Part shown: piece after piece, positions 46,003 to 54,152 of the stretch
Numbering within the stretch: position 1 is the stretch's first letter
How the letters are laid out: every line of letters begins with the position of its first letter
Assembly (NCBI GenBank): GCA_050699055.1
Contig: JBOHCT010000001.1
Location: 1-57,870, forward strand
From: Streptosporangiaceae bacterium
Lineage (GTDB): Bacteria > Actinomycetota > Actinomycetes > Streptosporangiales > JBOHCT01
Direction of reading: 5' to 3'
DNA length: 57,870 nucleotides
The notes under the pieces: model-generated
What the model saw: the letters and a program-made list of their open reading frames with translations, nothing else
Databases searched by the model: none
What the model was told of the DNA's origin: nothing
Program-made: the position numbers and the translations under genes

Positions 46003-47037
46003 TCAGGTGGACTCGCGGACGATGAGCTCAGGCTGGAAGACCACGTGCCGATGCGTGTGGTGGCCGGTGTCCTCGGCTTCGTTCAGGGCGGGCTCGGCCG
46101 CCGTCTGGCCGAGCAGCAGTCGCGGCTGGCGTACGGACGTCATGGGCACGGCGGCCGATGCCGCGAACTCGATGTCGTCGTAGCCGACCACCGCGGTGTC
46201 CTTGGGGATACCGACCCCGTCTTCCAGCAGGGTACGCATCACGCCGAGGGCGAGGAGATCGTTGGCGCAGAACACAGCCGTCGGCGGGGAGCCCGACGCG
46301 AGGAGGCGCCTGCCGGCGTCCCTGCCCGCGCCAGCGTTCATCGCGGGCTGCTCGACGGCGGCGAGCGCGTCCTCGCTCAGGCTGGCCCGGCGCAGCGCGC
46401 GCACCGCACCCTCGCGCCGGTCGCGGCACTGCTTGATTGCCAGCGGCCCGGTGACGTAGGTGAAGGCCCGGTGCCCCTTCCGGAGCAGATGGCTGGCCGC
46501 GAGGTCGCCGCCGGCGATGTCATCGATGGAGACCGAGCACTGGTCGGACCTGCTCGACTGACGGTCGAGCAGGACGACGGCCATGCCGCGGCGATGCAGC
46601 TGGACGAGTCGCTCGTGCGAAACATCGATCGGGGTGATGAGGAGCGCCTGTACCCGCTGCTCCTCGAGCAGAGCAAGGTAACGCCGCTCGCTTTCGCCGG
46701 AGTCGTCGCTGCTGCAGAGAATGACGGCGAGCCCCTCATTGCCGGCCGTGACGCTGACCCCACGGGCTACGTCGGTGAAGAAGGGGTTGGCCACGTCCAG
46801 GACGACCAGGCCGATGGTACGACTGCGACCAGCCCTCAGCTGGCGTGCCGACTCGTTTCGCACGAACCCGAGGTCATCGATGGCCGCGAGAACTCTGCCC
46901 CGGGTGCCTTCGGACACGAGATCAGGGTGGTTGAGGACATTGGAGACCGTGCCAACGGACACTCCCGCCCGCGCCGCGACTTCGCGGATGCTGGTGGAAC
47001 GACCCAAGGCCCCCTGCACTATCCCCGTTTGCGTCAT
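46003..47037 (-). CDS. LacI-family transcriptional regulator
   Basis: SIREVAARAGVSVGTVSNVLN HTH plus a periplasmic-binding-protein-like effector domain. 344 aa. Confidence 0.9.
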   Translation of the reverse strand: MTQTGIVQGALGRSTSIREVAARAGVSVGTVSNVLNHPDLVSEGTRGRVLAAIDDLGFVRNESARQLRAGRSRTIGLVVLDVANPFFTDVARGVSVTAGNEGLAVILCSSDDSGESERRYLALLEEQRVQALLITPIDVSHERLVQLHRRGMAVVLLDRQSSRSDQCSVSIDDIAGGDLAASHLLRKGHRAFTYVTGPLAIKQCRDRREGAVRALRRASLSEDALAAVEQPAMNAGAGRDAGRRLLASGSPPTAVFCANDLLALGVMRTLLEDGVGIPKDTAVVGYDDIEFAASAAVPMTSVRQPRLLLGQTAAEPALNEAEDTGHHTHRHVVFQPELIVREST

Positions 47038-47085
47038 TGTGGCACGAAGATCCTGTCCCGCTACGTCACATTCCGCTTAAGGCCC

Positions 47086-47144
47086 TTGACGCACCGTCAG
47101 ACTGGTCCTAGCGTCACCGCAAGCGTCTATCTTGAAACGATTCA
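47086..47144 (+). promoter_or_regulatory. Candidate rightward promoter TTGACG-N17-TAGCGT followed by a LacI-type half-palindrome TGAAACGATTCA
   Basis: -35 at 47086-47091, -10 at 47109-47114, operator-like site at 47133-47144. Read directly. Confidence 0.35.
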
Positions 47145-47391
47145 CGGGTCGGCTACGTGACCCGGGGAGGCCAGGTGGAGGGTGCGAGCACCGGAGCGGC
47201 CCATGGCCCGGAACTGGGTGTACTGGGCCCGGCGGTGGCGCTCCACCCTGCCTCCGTCCCTGGCGCTGTCATCCTCGCGCCCGTTCGCCCAGACTCTACG
47301 TCGCGGCCCGTCGAGCCACGGCCAGACACTCGCCGTCTGCCCGGTCGCATGGGGTCGATTATTGGCATGGCGCCGGAACTGGGTCTGGGTG

Positions 47392-47411
47392 GTACGACAA
47401 CGTTGTCGTAC
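47392..47411. promoter_or_regulatory. 20-bp perfect palindrome GTACGACAACGTTGTCGTAC (operator candidate, CG-centred as in LacI-family sites)
   Basis: Read directly. Lies in the 490-bp non-coding region between the LacI and LuxR genes. Confidence 0.45.
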
Positions 47412-47530
47412 ACAGTAGACATGTATCCCGAGGGATCAGTCCGTCACGGTTCCCGTTTCCGGGGCCAGGTCGTGTTGCCCACGTACACACGTGTGAGGTG
47501 GGGTGTTTCGGAGGAGCAGGGAGGTCAGGA

Positions 47531-47758
47531 GTGAAGCAGGCAGTTCTGGAGCGACAGCTCCTCTCGCCGCAGCTCGGCGAGGAGGAGATCGAGCTCCTTT
47601 CTCACCTAGCGAGTGGCATGACAGCCGACGTCGCGGCCCGTCGCCTGGATCTGAGCTCGCGGACGCTTCGCCGCAGGGTACGGGCGATCTGCGACAAGCT
47701 CGATGTCAACACTCCGATTGAGGCGGTGGTCTGGGCGGCCAAACGCGGCTTCATCTAG
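47531..47758 (+). CDS. LuxR/GerE-family HTH protein (75 aa, DNA-binding domain only)
   Basis: EEIELLSHLASGMTADVAARRLDLSSRTLRRRVRAICDKLDVNTPIEAVVWAAKRGFI. GTG 47531 preceded by ggagcagggagg. The rest of ORF 47132-47758 is not protein-like. Confidence 0.7.
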   Translation: MKQAVLERQLLSPQLGEEEIELLSHLASGMTADVAARRLDLSSRTLRRRVRAICDKLDVNTPIEAVVWAAKRGFI

Positions 47759-48069
47759 TGGGCGTGGTCGAACTGAGCGGCGCGCCGACGAGCCTGGCGG
47801 TCTCGGACCCCGCCCCGTCGCCAAGATCCCCGCAGGACGGCCCCGACAGGAGCGACTCGCACACCGGGCGCGATGGGTACCCCCTCCACCCACCGTCCGC
47901 GGCCCACGCGAGAGCGTTCTTGGGCGCCGACCCGGTGAAGGGCACCCGACACGCGACCGTGTGCCCTTCACCGGGCCCCAGACACAATTCGCCGCAGGAG
48001 CAACGGAGCCGCGATCGTTCTTCTAACATGACCCCCCGCAGGCTCCGCGACCGCGTGGATGGCAAACAC

Positions 48070-48465
48070 ATGATGATGCTGAGCTGGGATGAGCGCGGTA
48101 GCCTCGCGCCCGTCTCGTCGAAAGAGGAGCTCGACCGCCTGCTCGATGACGTCAGCGGTCAGGCGGCCGATGGCGGCAGCCCGTGCATGGCGACGATGCT
48201 CGACGCCGACGACCCCGAGGGACCCGCGCTGTCGATCGGTTGCGGTGCCTCCGTGAGCGTGGCGGTGTGGCAGTTGCCGTCCGCTCCGACATCCCTTGTC
48301 AGCCACGGCGAGGCCGAACGGGAGCCGCTCGTCTTCTCCTACTGCGGCGAGGACGCGACGTATGACCCGCCGGCCGCGATCCCCAACGCCCAGGCGCGGG
48401 AAGCGATGCGCGCCTTCTACGCAACCGGTACCCGTCCCGACACCTTCGCCTGGCGGGAGCCCTAG
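48070..48465 (+). CDS. Imm1-family immunity protein (polymorphic-toxin immunity), orphan
   Basis: LSWDERGSLAPVSSKEELDRLLDDV...LSIGCGASVSVAVW...VSHGEAEREPLVFSYCGEDATYDPPAAIPNAQAREAMRAFYATGTRPDTFAWRE follows the Imm1 pattern as I recall it. Alternative start ATG 48028. Confidence 0.6.
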   Translation: MMMLSWDERGSLAPVSSKEELDRLLDDVSGQAADGGSPCMATMLDADDPEGPALSIGCGASVSVAVWQLPSAPTSLVSHGEAEREPLVFSYCGEDATYDPPAAIPNAQAREAMRAFYATGTRPDTFAWREP

Positions 48466-48795
48466 TGTCGCGTGTCGGAGGTCCTTTGCCAGTGGCGGTG
48501 ATCCAGGCGGATGGATCGCAAGGCGGAGGAAGGAGGCGCAGTGGGCCCTGCGTCGAGTGACGACAACGCGGCGAGGCGCCGCCTGGGCGTCGCCAGGGTG
48601 AAGAAGACTTCCGGCACGCGACACTAGCTCAACACAGTCCAGCCCAGCGGGCCCAGCCGGCGCCTCGTCGGGCTGAATATGCACCCGTGCACGCGACAGC
48701 CGCCACGGAGGCACACTTCAGCCCGCCGCGGGCTGTCCCGCGGCGGGGCGGCGCAGGGCCCCGAGGGGGTGGGCGCCGAAGGCGCGTCCGGGCCC

Positions 48796-49899
48796 CTACG
48801 CCACGCGGACGGCTCCCGAGTAATCTCCCCCGCCGTCAACCGGCTCCACCTGAACCGTGGTCCCCGTGTAGGGCGCGTTGATCATCTTGCCGTTACCGAC
48901 GTAGATGCCGACGTGGTGATGGTCGGGGTAGTAGAACACAAGGTCGCCGGGCTGCAGCTCGCTGCGGGAGACGTGCGGCCCAGCGGTCCACAGCGCGCCC
49001 GTGTAGTGGGGAAGGCTGATACCCACCTGTTTGTACGACCAGACCACCAGCCCGGAGCAGTCGAACGAGTCGGGCCCCGCGGCGCCCCATACGTAAGGAG
49101 TCCCGATCTTGCTGAGCGCGGCCTGCGCCGCCGCCGCCCCCTTGCCCGACCCCGGGACGCTCGGGCCTGAGGAGGCAGACGACGGGTCGGTCGTCGCGGC
49201 CGTCGCGGTCGTCGCGCTCCGGCTGGCGCGCTCCTGCTGACGCTCCTCGATCCGCTGCTGACGCTGGCGTTCAAGTGCCTTCAGGTGAGCGAGCTCCTGC
49301 TGGGACTCGCCCAGCAGGTGCTTGATGCGCCGTTTCTTCGCGCCGAGGTCGCTGGTGATCTTCTTGACCTTCGCGGCCCGGTGCCTGGCCTCGGCCGCCA
49401 CCTGCTTGCTGCGTGCGAGCTCATCGCGCAGTTCCCGCAGCTTGGCGGAGTTCTGCCGGCTCAGCTGCCCGAACGTGGCCGCGCGGTCGACGAGGTCTTG
49501 CGGGCTGTCGACGGACGACAGCATCTGAACAGCCGGACTTACCGAGCCCGCCTTGTACTGCGCGGCGGCGATACGACCGACCTGCGCCCGTGCTTTCTCC
49601 GCCCGCTTCCGCAGGTCCTCGGCCCGCTGCCGGGTCCTGCGCGCTTCGCGTCTCGCCCTGGCGAGCTTGAGCTTCTGACCGTTGTACCGCTCAGTGACCA
49701 CTTCCGCCTTGTTCGCGAGCTTCTCGACCTTCGCGCGGAGGTCGTGAATGCTCGGCTTTGGCTCCGCCCGTACCGCACCGCCCGGGACGAGGGCGATCAC
49801 CAGACCGGCGACGCACGCGCCGACGCCGAGATGTCGGGCGAGCCGAGTGGGGTGGTACCAGGGACTGCGCGACTCCGAGCTTTGGCTCGAACGCTGCAC
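48796..49899 (-). CDS. Secreted coiled-coil NlpC/P60 peptidoglycan endopeptidase
   Basis: Signal/TM HLGVGACVAGLVIALVPGGAV, coiled coil, C-terminal GTPYVWGAAGPDSFDCSGL...HHVGIYVGNG. GTG start preceded by gaaggagaggag. Confidence 0.88.
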   Translation of the reverse strand: MQRSSQSSESRSPWYHPTRLARHLGVGACVAGLVIALVPGGAVRAEPKPSIHDLRAKVEKLANKAEVVTERYNGQKLKLARARREARRTRQRAEDLRKRAEKARAQVGRIAAAQYKAGSVSPAVQMLSSVDSPQDLVDRAATFGQLSRQNSAKLRELRDELARSKQVAAEARHRAAKVKKITSDLGAKKRRIKHLLGESQQELAHLKALERQRQQRIEERQQERASRSATTATAATTDPSSASSGPSVPGSGKGAAAAQAALSKIGTPYVWGAAGPDSFDCSGLVVWSYKQVGISLPHYTGALWTAGPHVSRSELQPGDLVFYYPDHHHVGIYVGNGKMINAPYTGTTVQVEPVDGGGDYSGAVRVA

Positions 49900-49917
49900 G
49901 GACGCTCCTCTCCTTCG

Positions 49918-50042
49918 CGCCTACCGGGTTAGCTGACGGGTTCGGGCCGGAGATCGCCCTACCGCACGGCTGAACCGCGCGGACTCACCCCAGGGAACTG
50001 GGTCCCCGGCTCCCCGGAGCCTTGGCCTCCAGGGACTCGGCG
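49918..50042 (-). promoter_or_regulatory. ydaO/yuaA-type cyclic-di-AMP riboswitch in the 5' leader of the NlpC/P60 gene
   Basis: The minus-strand RNA contains CGCCGAGUCC...GAGCCGGGGACCCA...CUGGGGUGAGUCC...CCCGAACCCGUCAGCUAACCCGGUAGGCG. These match the conserved ydaO cores (GGGGACCCA, UGGGGUGA, CCGAACCCGnCAGCUAACC) and P1 closing CGCC/GGCG. The SD follows immediately. Confidence 0.8.
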
Positions 50043-50301
50043 TTGTCCTTTCTCGATCAATAGCCTGTCGCACGTTAGTGGAGCGGTGTGGGGCGCTCAA
50101 CCGAAACGGCCTTTTACGGACATGACATGTTCGCGTTCGCCCGATAATTCACTTAGTGTCGTTTTCGCCGCGTTTCCGCGGTCGCACGACGCACTTCTCC
50201 TTGGCCCCGCGGGCCGTCCGCCTGGCTCACGGGGGCACAGAGCACGTCCCGACGCGACACTTGAGACTCGCCGCCGTGAGCTCCGATAGGCTGCGCGTTC
50301 C

Positions 50302-50799
50302 GTGGAGGTGGCCATCCGGCGAGCCCGTACGCGTGATGTCAGGGACGTCCGTCGCCTCATCGACCGGTACGCGCCGCGCGGTGCCCTACTCGATAAGCCC
50401 ACGGTCGCGCTCTATGAGGACGTCCAGGAGTTCTGGGTCGCGGAAGGCGACGGTGACGTCGTGGGCTGCGGGGCCCTGCACGTCCTGTGGGAGGATCTCG
50501 CCGAGGTCCGCACGATCGCCGTGGCTCCCGGTCTCACGCGTCACGGGATCGGGCACCTGCTGCTGGACAGCCTGCTGGATGTCGCGCGCACCCTTGGGGT
50601 CCATCGGATCTTCGTACTCACCTTCGAGGCCGAGTTCTTCGCCCGCCACGGCTTCCGGCCCATCCAGGGCATTCCGATCTCCCCGAGGGTCTACGAGGAG
50701 CTGCTGCGTTCGTACGACGAGGGGGTTGCGGAGTTCCTCGACCTCGAGCGGGTCAAGCCCAACACGCTGGGGAACACCCGCATGCTGCTCCACCTCTGA
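50302..50799 (+). CDS. argA: Short-form amino-acid (glutamate) N-acetyltransferase, GNAT family (M. tuberculosis Rv2747-like)
   Basis: Near-colinear match to my recollection of Rv2747: VRRARTRDV, LYEDVQEFWVAE, VVGCGALHVLWEDLAEVRT, GHGIGH, VFVLTFEAEFFARHGF, GVAEFLDL..VKPN.LGN.RMLL. Confidence 0.8.
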   Translation: MEVAIRRARTRDVRDVRRLIDRYAPRGALLDKPTVALYEDVQEFWVAEGDGDVVGCGALHVLWEDLAEVRTIAVAPGLTRHGIGHLLLDSLLDVARTLGVHRIFVLTFEAEFFARHGFRPIQGIPISPRVYEELLRSYDEGVAEFLDLERVKPNTLGNTRMLLHL

Positions 50800-50891
50800 G
50801 ATCCGGTCTTGTCGTCCAGGTGAGCCAGTATTCGCCGGCTCCGACCACAGACACGGGTCAGGGCCGACGCCCGCGAGGTTCACCAAGAAGC

Positions 50892-53800
50892 TCAGAGCAG
50901 GCGGAGCTGACGGTCTCGCGGACGCCTCGGGCGCGCCGGAGCATCGCGTTCCAGCAGGGAGTCGTCGATGGCCGCGAGAAACGGTGAGGGGCGGCGGTCG
51001 CGGAGCTCTCCCTGGCGGGTGCGACACCGGGCGTGACTCACGAACAGCCGCGACCGTGCCCGCGTCACGCCGACGAAGAACAGCCGGCGCTCCTCGGCCT
51101 CGTCGCCGCTCCGCGTCTCGCCGGGCCAGCGCAGCGGGAGGAGGCCGGCCTCGCAGCCGACGATGAAGACCACGCGGAACTCCAGACCCTTCGCGGCATG
51201 CAGCGTGAGCAGCGAGGCCCGGTCGGCGCGCGGATCGAGGGTGTCGACCTCGGCGCCGAGGGCCAACTCGGTGAGGAAGTGCTCGAGATCCCGGCCGCAC
51301 CGTTCGGCGAGTGGCACCAGCAGTTCCGCCGCGCCCCGGATGTCGGTCGCCAGTTCCTCTTCCGACGCGGGCAGCCGAGCGGCGACCGCCCGGGCCGCGT
51401 CGTGCGGCCGCGTACCGCCGCGCCGCCGCAGCTCCGCCACGACCTCGGCGACTCCGGGGCGGTCGGCGAGACGGTCGTGGGACCGCTTCTGGAACGGCAC
51501 ACCCGCGCGGCCGAACGCCTCCATGATCGGCCTGGCCTGGGCGGCGGTGCGGTAGAGGACGGCGATATCGGAGAACCCGATGACCTCGCTCGGGTCGTCG
51601 CCCGCCCGGCCGCTGTCGAGTGAGTGGAAGGAGGAGCCGCCGAGGAGCTGGTCGATCGTGCGTGCGACGAACGACGCCTCGTCCTGCTCGTCGGCGGCCG
51701 CGTAGACACCGATCGGTCCGGCGTCGGGACGGGTGGGGCGCAGCGCCCTGTCGCGTACGAGCGTCGCGGGCGCGATGATCTGCCGCGCCGCGGTGACGAC
51801 TGTGGGGCTGGAGCGGTAGTTACGGGTGAGCTGGACCGCGGACGCGGTCGGGTAGTCGTCCCGGAACCGCAGGAAGAAGCCGACGTCGGCGCCCCTGAAA
51901 CCGTAGATCGCCTGGTCGGGATCGCCGATCGCGGTGAGGCGAGCCTCGGGGCGGGTGAGCAGCCGCAGCAGCGTGTACTGTCGCTCGTCGATGTCCTGGT
52001 ACTCGTCGACGAACGTCCACGGGAAGCGTTCGCGGTAGTGTTCGGCGAGGCCGGGCTCGGCGGAGAGAAGAGCGACGGGCAGGTCGATCAGGTCGTCGAA
52101 GTCGACAAGGTCCCGTTCCCGTAGCGCCTTGGTGTAGCGGGCCCGAAGCTCGGCGTCGCCGCCGAGCTCGGAAAGCATCCGTCGGGCTTCTCGCGGTGAG
52201 GCGGCGAGCTCCTCGGCCACCGCGAGACGGTCGTCGTCGCTCGCGACGCGGAAGCGGTCGGTGAGTCCCGTACCCGCGTGCTGCTCGCGCAGGATCCGCA
52301 CGCCCAGCCCGTGGAAGGTGGTGATCGTGAGGCGCTCCACCTGCCGGGGGACGAGGATCGCCAGCCGATCCCGCATCTCCTCGCAGGCCCGCCGGGTGAA
52401 GGTGATCGCGAGACAGTCTTCTGGCGGGGTTCCGCGTTCGGTCAGCAGGTGCGCGATGCGGTGCGCGAGAGTGCGGGTCTTACCGGTGCCCGGACCGGCC
52501 ACGATGAGGAGCGGACCGTCGGCCGCGCCGGCCGCCGCGCGCTGGTCGGGATCGAGGCCGGACAGGAGCGAGTCGCCGCCTATAGGGAAAACATCGCCGC
52601 CCGCCCCCTGGCCGGAGCCCGGCACGGGCTTCTCCTCGTCCTCTTTCGCGGATCTTGAACTCATCGGGGTGTTGTGACCGTTTGGGCGCCAGGCAACCTC
52701 GAGCTCGGCAGGGTAGGGGCGCTCGGTGGCGGCCGGGGGTCCCGGCGCCTGCGCGGCCGGCTCGACGAGCTCGAACAGTGTGGGGGCCGCTCCCCGGCGC
52801 CGCAGCTCACCGGGACGGAAAAGCCGGATGACCCCGTACTCACCGTCGAAGCCGGCCTCGCGAGTGACCTGACCCCTGCGCAGCCGGCCGATCGCCTCGG
52901 CGAGTACGGCCGAGTCCGCCGCCGCGATGTCGTCGAGCGGTGCGTGCTCGAGGATCGAGAGCTCAGGTCCCAGGCGCGCGACGAGGTCGGCGACCTGTCC
53001 CGCGACGCGCTTGCTCTTGGCCCCCACCCCGCGGATCTCGCCGATGATCTCGGCGAGTGGCACAAGGTTGCGGAAGCTTCCCGCGCCTTCCTGGCGAGCG
53101 CCGGTGGGGCGGTCGGCCAGCTCCTCCACGCGGTGGAGGACCCCGACGGTGAGCGGCTTGGCGCAGGCGGGACAGCGCGCGTCGCGCGCACGGGTCTCGG
53201 CGGGCTCGAGGCGTACGCCGCACTTGCGGTGACCGTCCAGGTGATACTTGCCTTCCTGGGGAAAGAACTCCACGGTTCCGAGAAGACCGTCGCCGGTCTC
53301 CACCGCGCGACGGATCGCGAAGTAATCGAGGGATGTTTCGAAGATCGTCGCTTCTCGTCCGAGCATGGGCGGGGAGTGGGCATCGGAGTTGCTCACGAGG
53401 CGGTATCGGTCGAGAGCGGAGAGCCGCCAGTTCATCGGCGGGTCGGACGACAGCCCCGTTTCGACAGCCGAGATGTGGTCGGCAAGATCGGCATAACAGT
53501 GAGCGACGGCGTCGAATCCGGACTTGGAGCCCAGCGCGGAGAACCACGGTGTCCAAATGTGTGCGGGGACGAGGTAGGAGCCCGGGTCGCTCTCCAGGGT
53601 GATCTCGAGAAGGTCGCGCGAGTCGAGCCCGAGGATCGGACGGCCGTCGGAGGCGAGGTTCCCGATCTTCGCGAGGGCACGGGTGATGGCGTCCGCCGCC
53701 TCGAAGTGAGGGGCATAGAGGAGATGGTGGACCTTGCGTGTCCTGTCGTCGCGTTTGTAGATCGTCGAGATCTCGACAGACAGCATGAAGCGTACGGGCT

Positions 53801-54152
53801 CCCGGCAGTTCGGCGGGAGCCGGCGCGATACGTCCGCCTCCAGGTCGTCGCGTAGCCGAAAGAGCCCCGGCTCCGCGGGTACGAGCGTGTCGCGGAGATG
53901 GTCGCACCACGCGGGATGGGTGAAGTCACCGGTCCCGAGTACATGGAGACCCTTGCGGCTCGCCCACCAGGCGAGGTGTTCGACGTCACAGTCCTTACTG
54001 CAGGCACGGGAGTACTTCGAGTGGATGTGGAGGTCGGCATAGAGCGGCACGTGCCGGATCCTTCCACGGACCGCCGCATTCGACGGGCAAAACGCGGGTT
54101 CGGGCGGGGGTGTCGTCCTCGGGTCCGCTCGCCGAGCCACCATCTGATCCAC
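50892..54152 (-). CDS. Fusion protein: EndoQ-like PHP-domain nuclease (TIGR00375-type) + UvrD/PcrA-type SF1 helicase
   Basis: N-terminal half: YADLHIHSKYSRACS, GTGDFTHP, PAHIWTPW, SNSDAHS, DGHRKCG...CPAC, GFDGEYGVIRLF. C-terminal half: AGPGTGKT, FVDEYQD, GDPDQAIYGFRGA, TRNYRS, TLHAAKGLEF, FFVGVTRAR. One uninterrupted 1086-codon ORF. Confidence 0.8.
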   Translation of the reverse strand: MDQMVARRADPRTTPPPEPAFCPSNAAVRGRIRHVPLYADLHIHSKYSRACSKDCDVEHLAWWASRKGLHVLGTGDFTHPAWCDHLRDTLVPAEPGLFRLRDDLEADVSRRLPPNCREPVRFMLSVEISTIYKRDDRTRKVHHLLYAPHFEAADAITRALAKIGNLASDGRPILGLDSRDLLEITLESDPGSYLVPAHIWTPWFSALGSKSGFDAVAHCYADLADHISAVETGLSSDPPMNWRLSALDRYRLVSNSDAHSPPMLGREATIFETSLDYFAIRRAVETGDGLLGTVEFFPQEGKYHLDGHRKCGVRLEPAETRARDARCPACAKPLTVGVLHRVEELADRPTGARQEGAGSFRNLVPLAEIIGEIRGVGAKSKRVAGQVADLVARLGPELSILEHAPLDDIAAADSAVLAEAIGRLRRGQVTREAGFDGEYGVIRLFRPGELRRRGAAPTLFELVEPAAQAPGPPAATERPYPAELEVAWRPNGHNTPMSSRSAKEDEEKPVPGSGQGAGGDVFPIGGDSLLSGLDPDQRAAAGAADGPLLIVAGPGTGKTRTLAHRIAHLLTERGTPPEDCLAITFTRRACEEMRDRLAILVPRQVERLTITTFHGLGVRILREQHAGTGLTDRFRVASDDDRLAVAEELAASPREARRMLSELGGDAELRARYTKALRERDLVDFDDLIDLPVALLSAEPGLAEHYRERFPWTFVDEYQDIDERQYTLLRLLTRPEARLTAIGDPDQAIYGFRGADVGFFLRFRDDYPTASAVQLTRNYRSSPTVVTAARQIIAPATLVRDRALRPTRPDAGPIGVYAAADEQDEASFVARTIDQLLGGSSFHSLDSGRAGDDPSEVIGFSDIAVLYRTAAQARPIMEAFGRAGVPFQKRSHDRLADRPGVAEVVAELRRRGGTRPHDAARAVAARLPASEEELATDIRGAAELLVPLAERCGRDLEHFLTELALGAEVDTLDPRADRASLLTLHAAKGLEFRVVFIVGCEAGLLPLRWPGETRSGDEAEERRLFFVGVTRARSRLFVSHARCRTRQGELRDRRPSPFLAAIDDSLLERDAPARPRRPRDRQLRLL
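52648..52673. repeat. Family 1 repeat, half copy (5' arm + core start), embedded in the nuclease-helicase linker coding sequence
   Basis: gcggatcttgaactcatcggggtgtt versus copy A gccgatcttgaacttatcggggggtt (23/26 identical). Confidence 0.6.

Noticed and set aside
47132-47530. N-terminal 133 codons of track ORF 47132-47758, and likewise 47758-48069 of ORF 47758-48465
   Set aside because: The translations are Pro/Arg/Gly-rich with no domain pattern. Only the C-terminal LuxR HTH and the Imm1-like segment look like real proteins.
48560-48600. ZTP (pfl) riboswitch-like CCGCCUGGGC element
   Set aside because: The 5' subdomain signature (GACUGGCG ... CCGGG) is absent, and the genomic context (a convergent spacer) is wrong for a leader.
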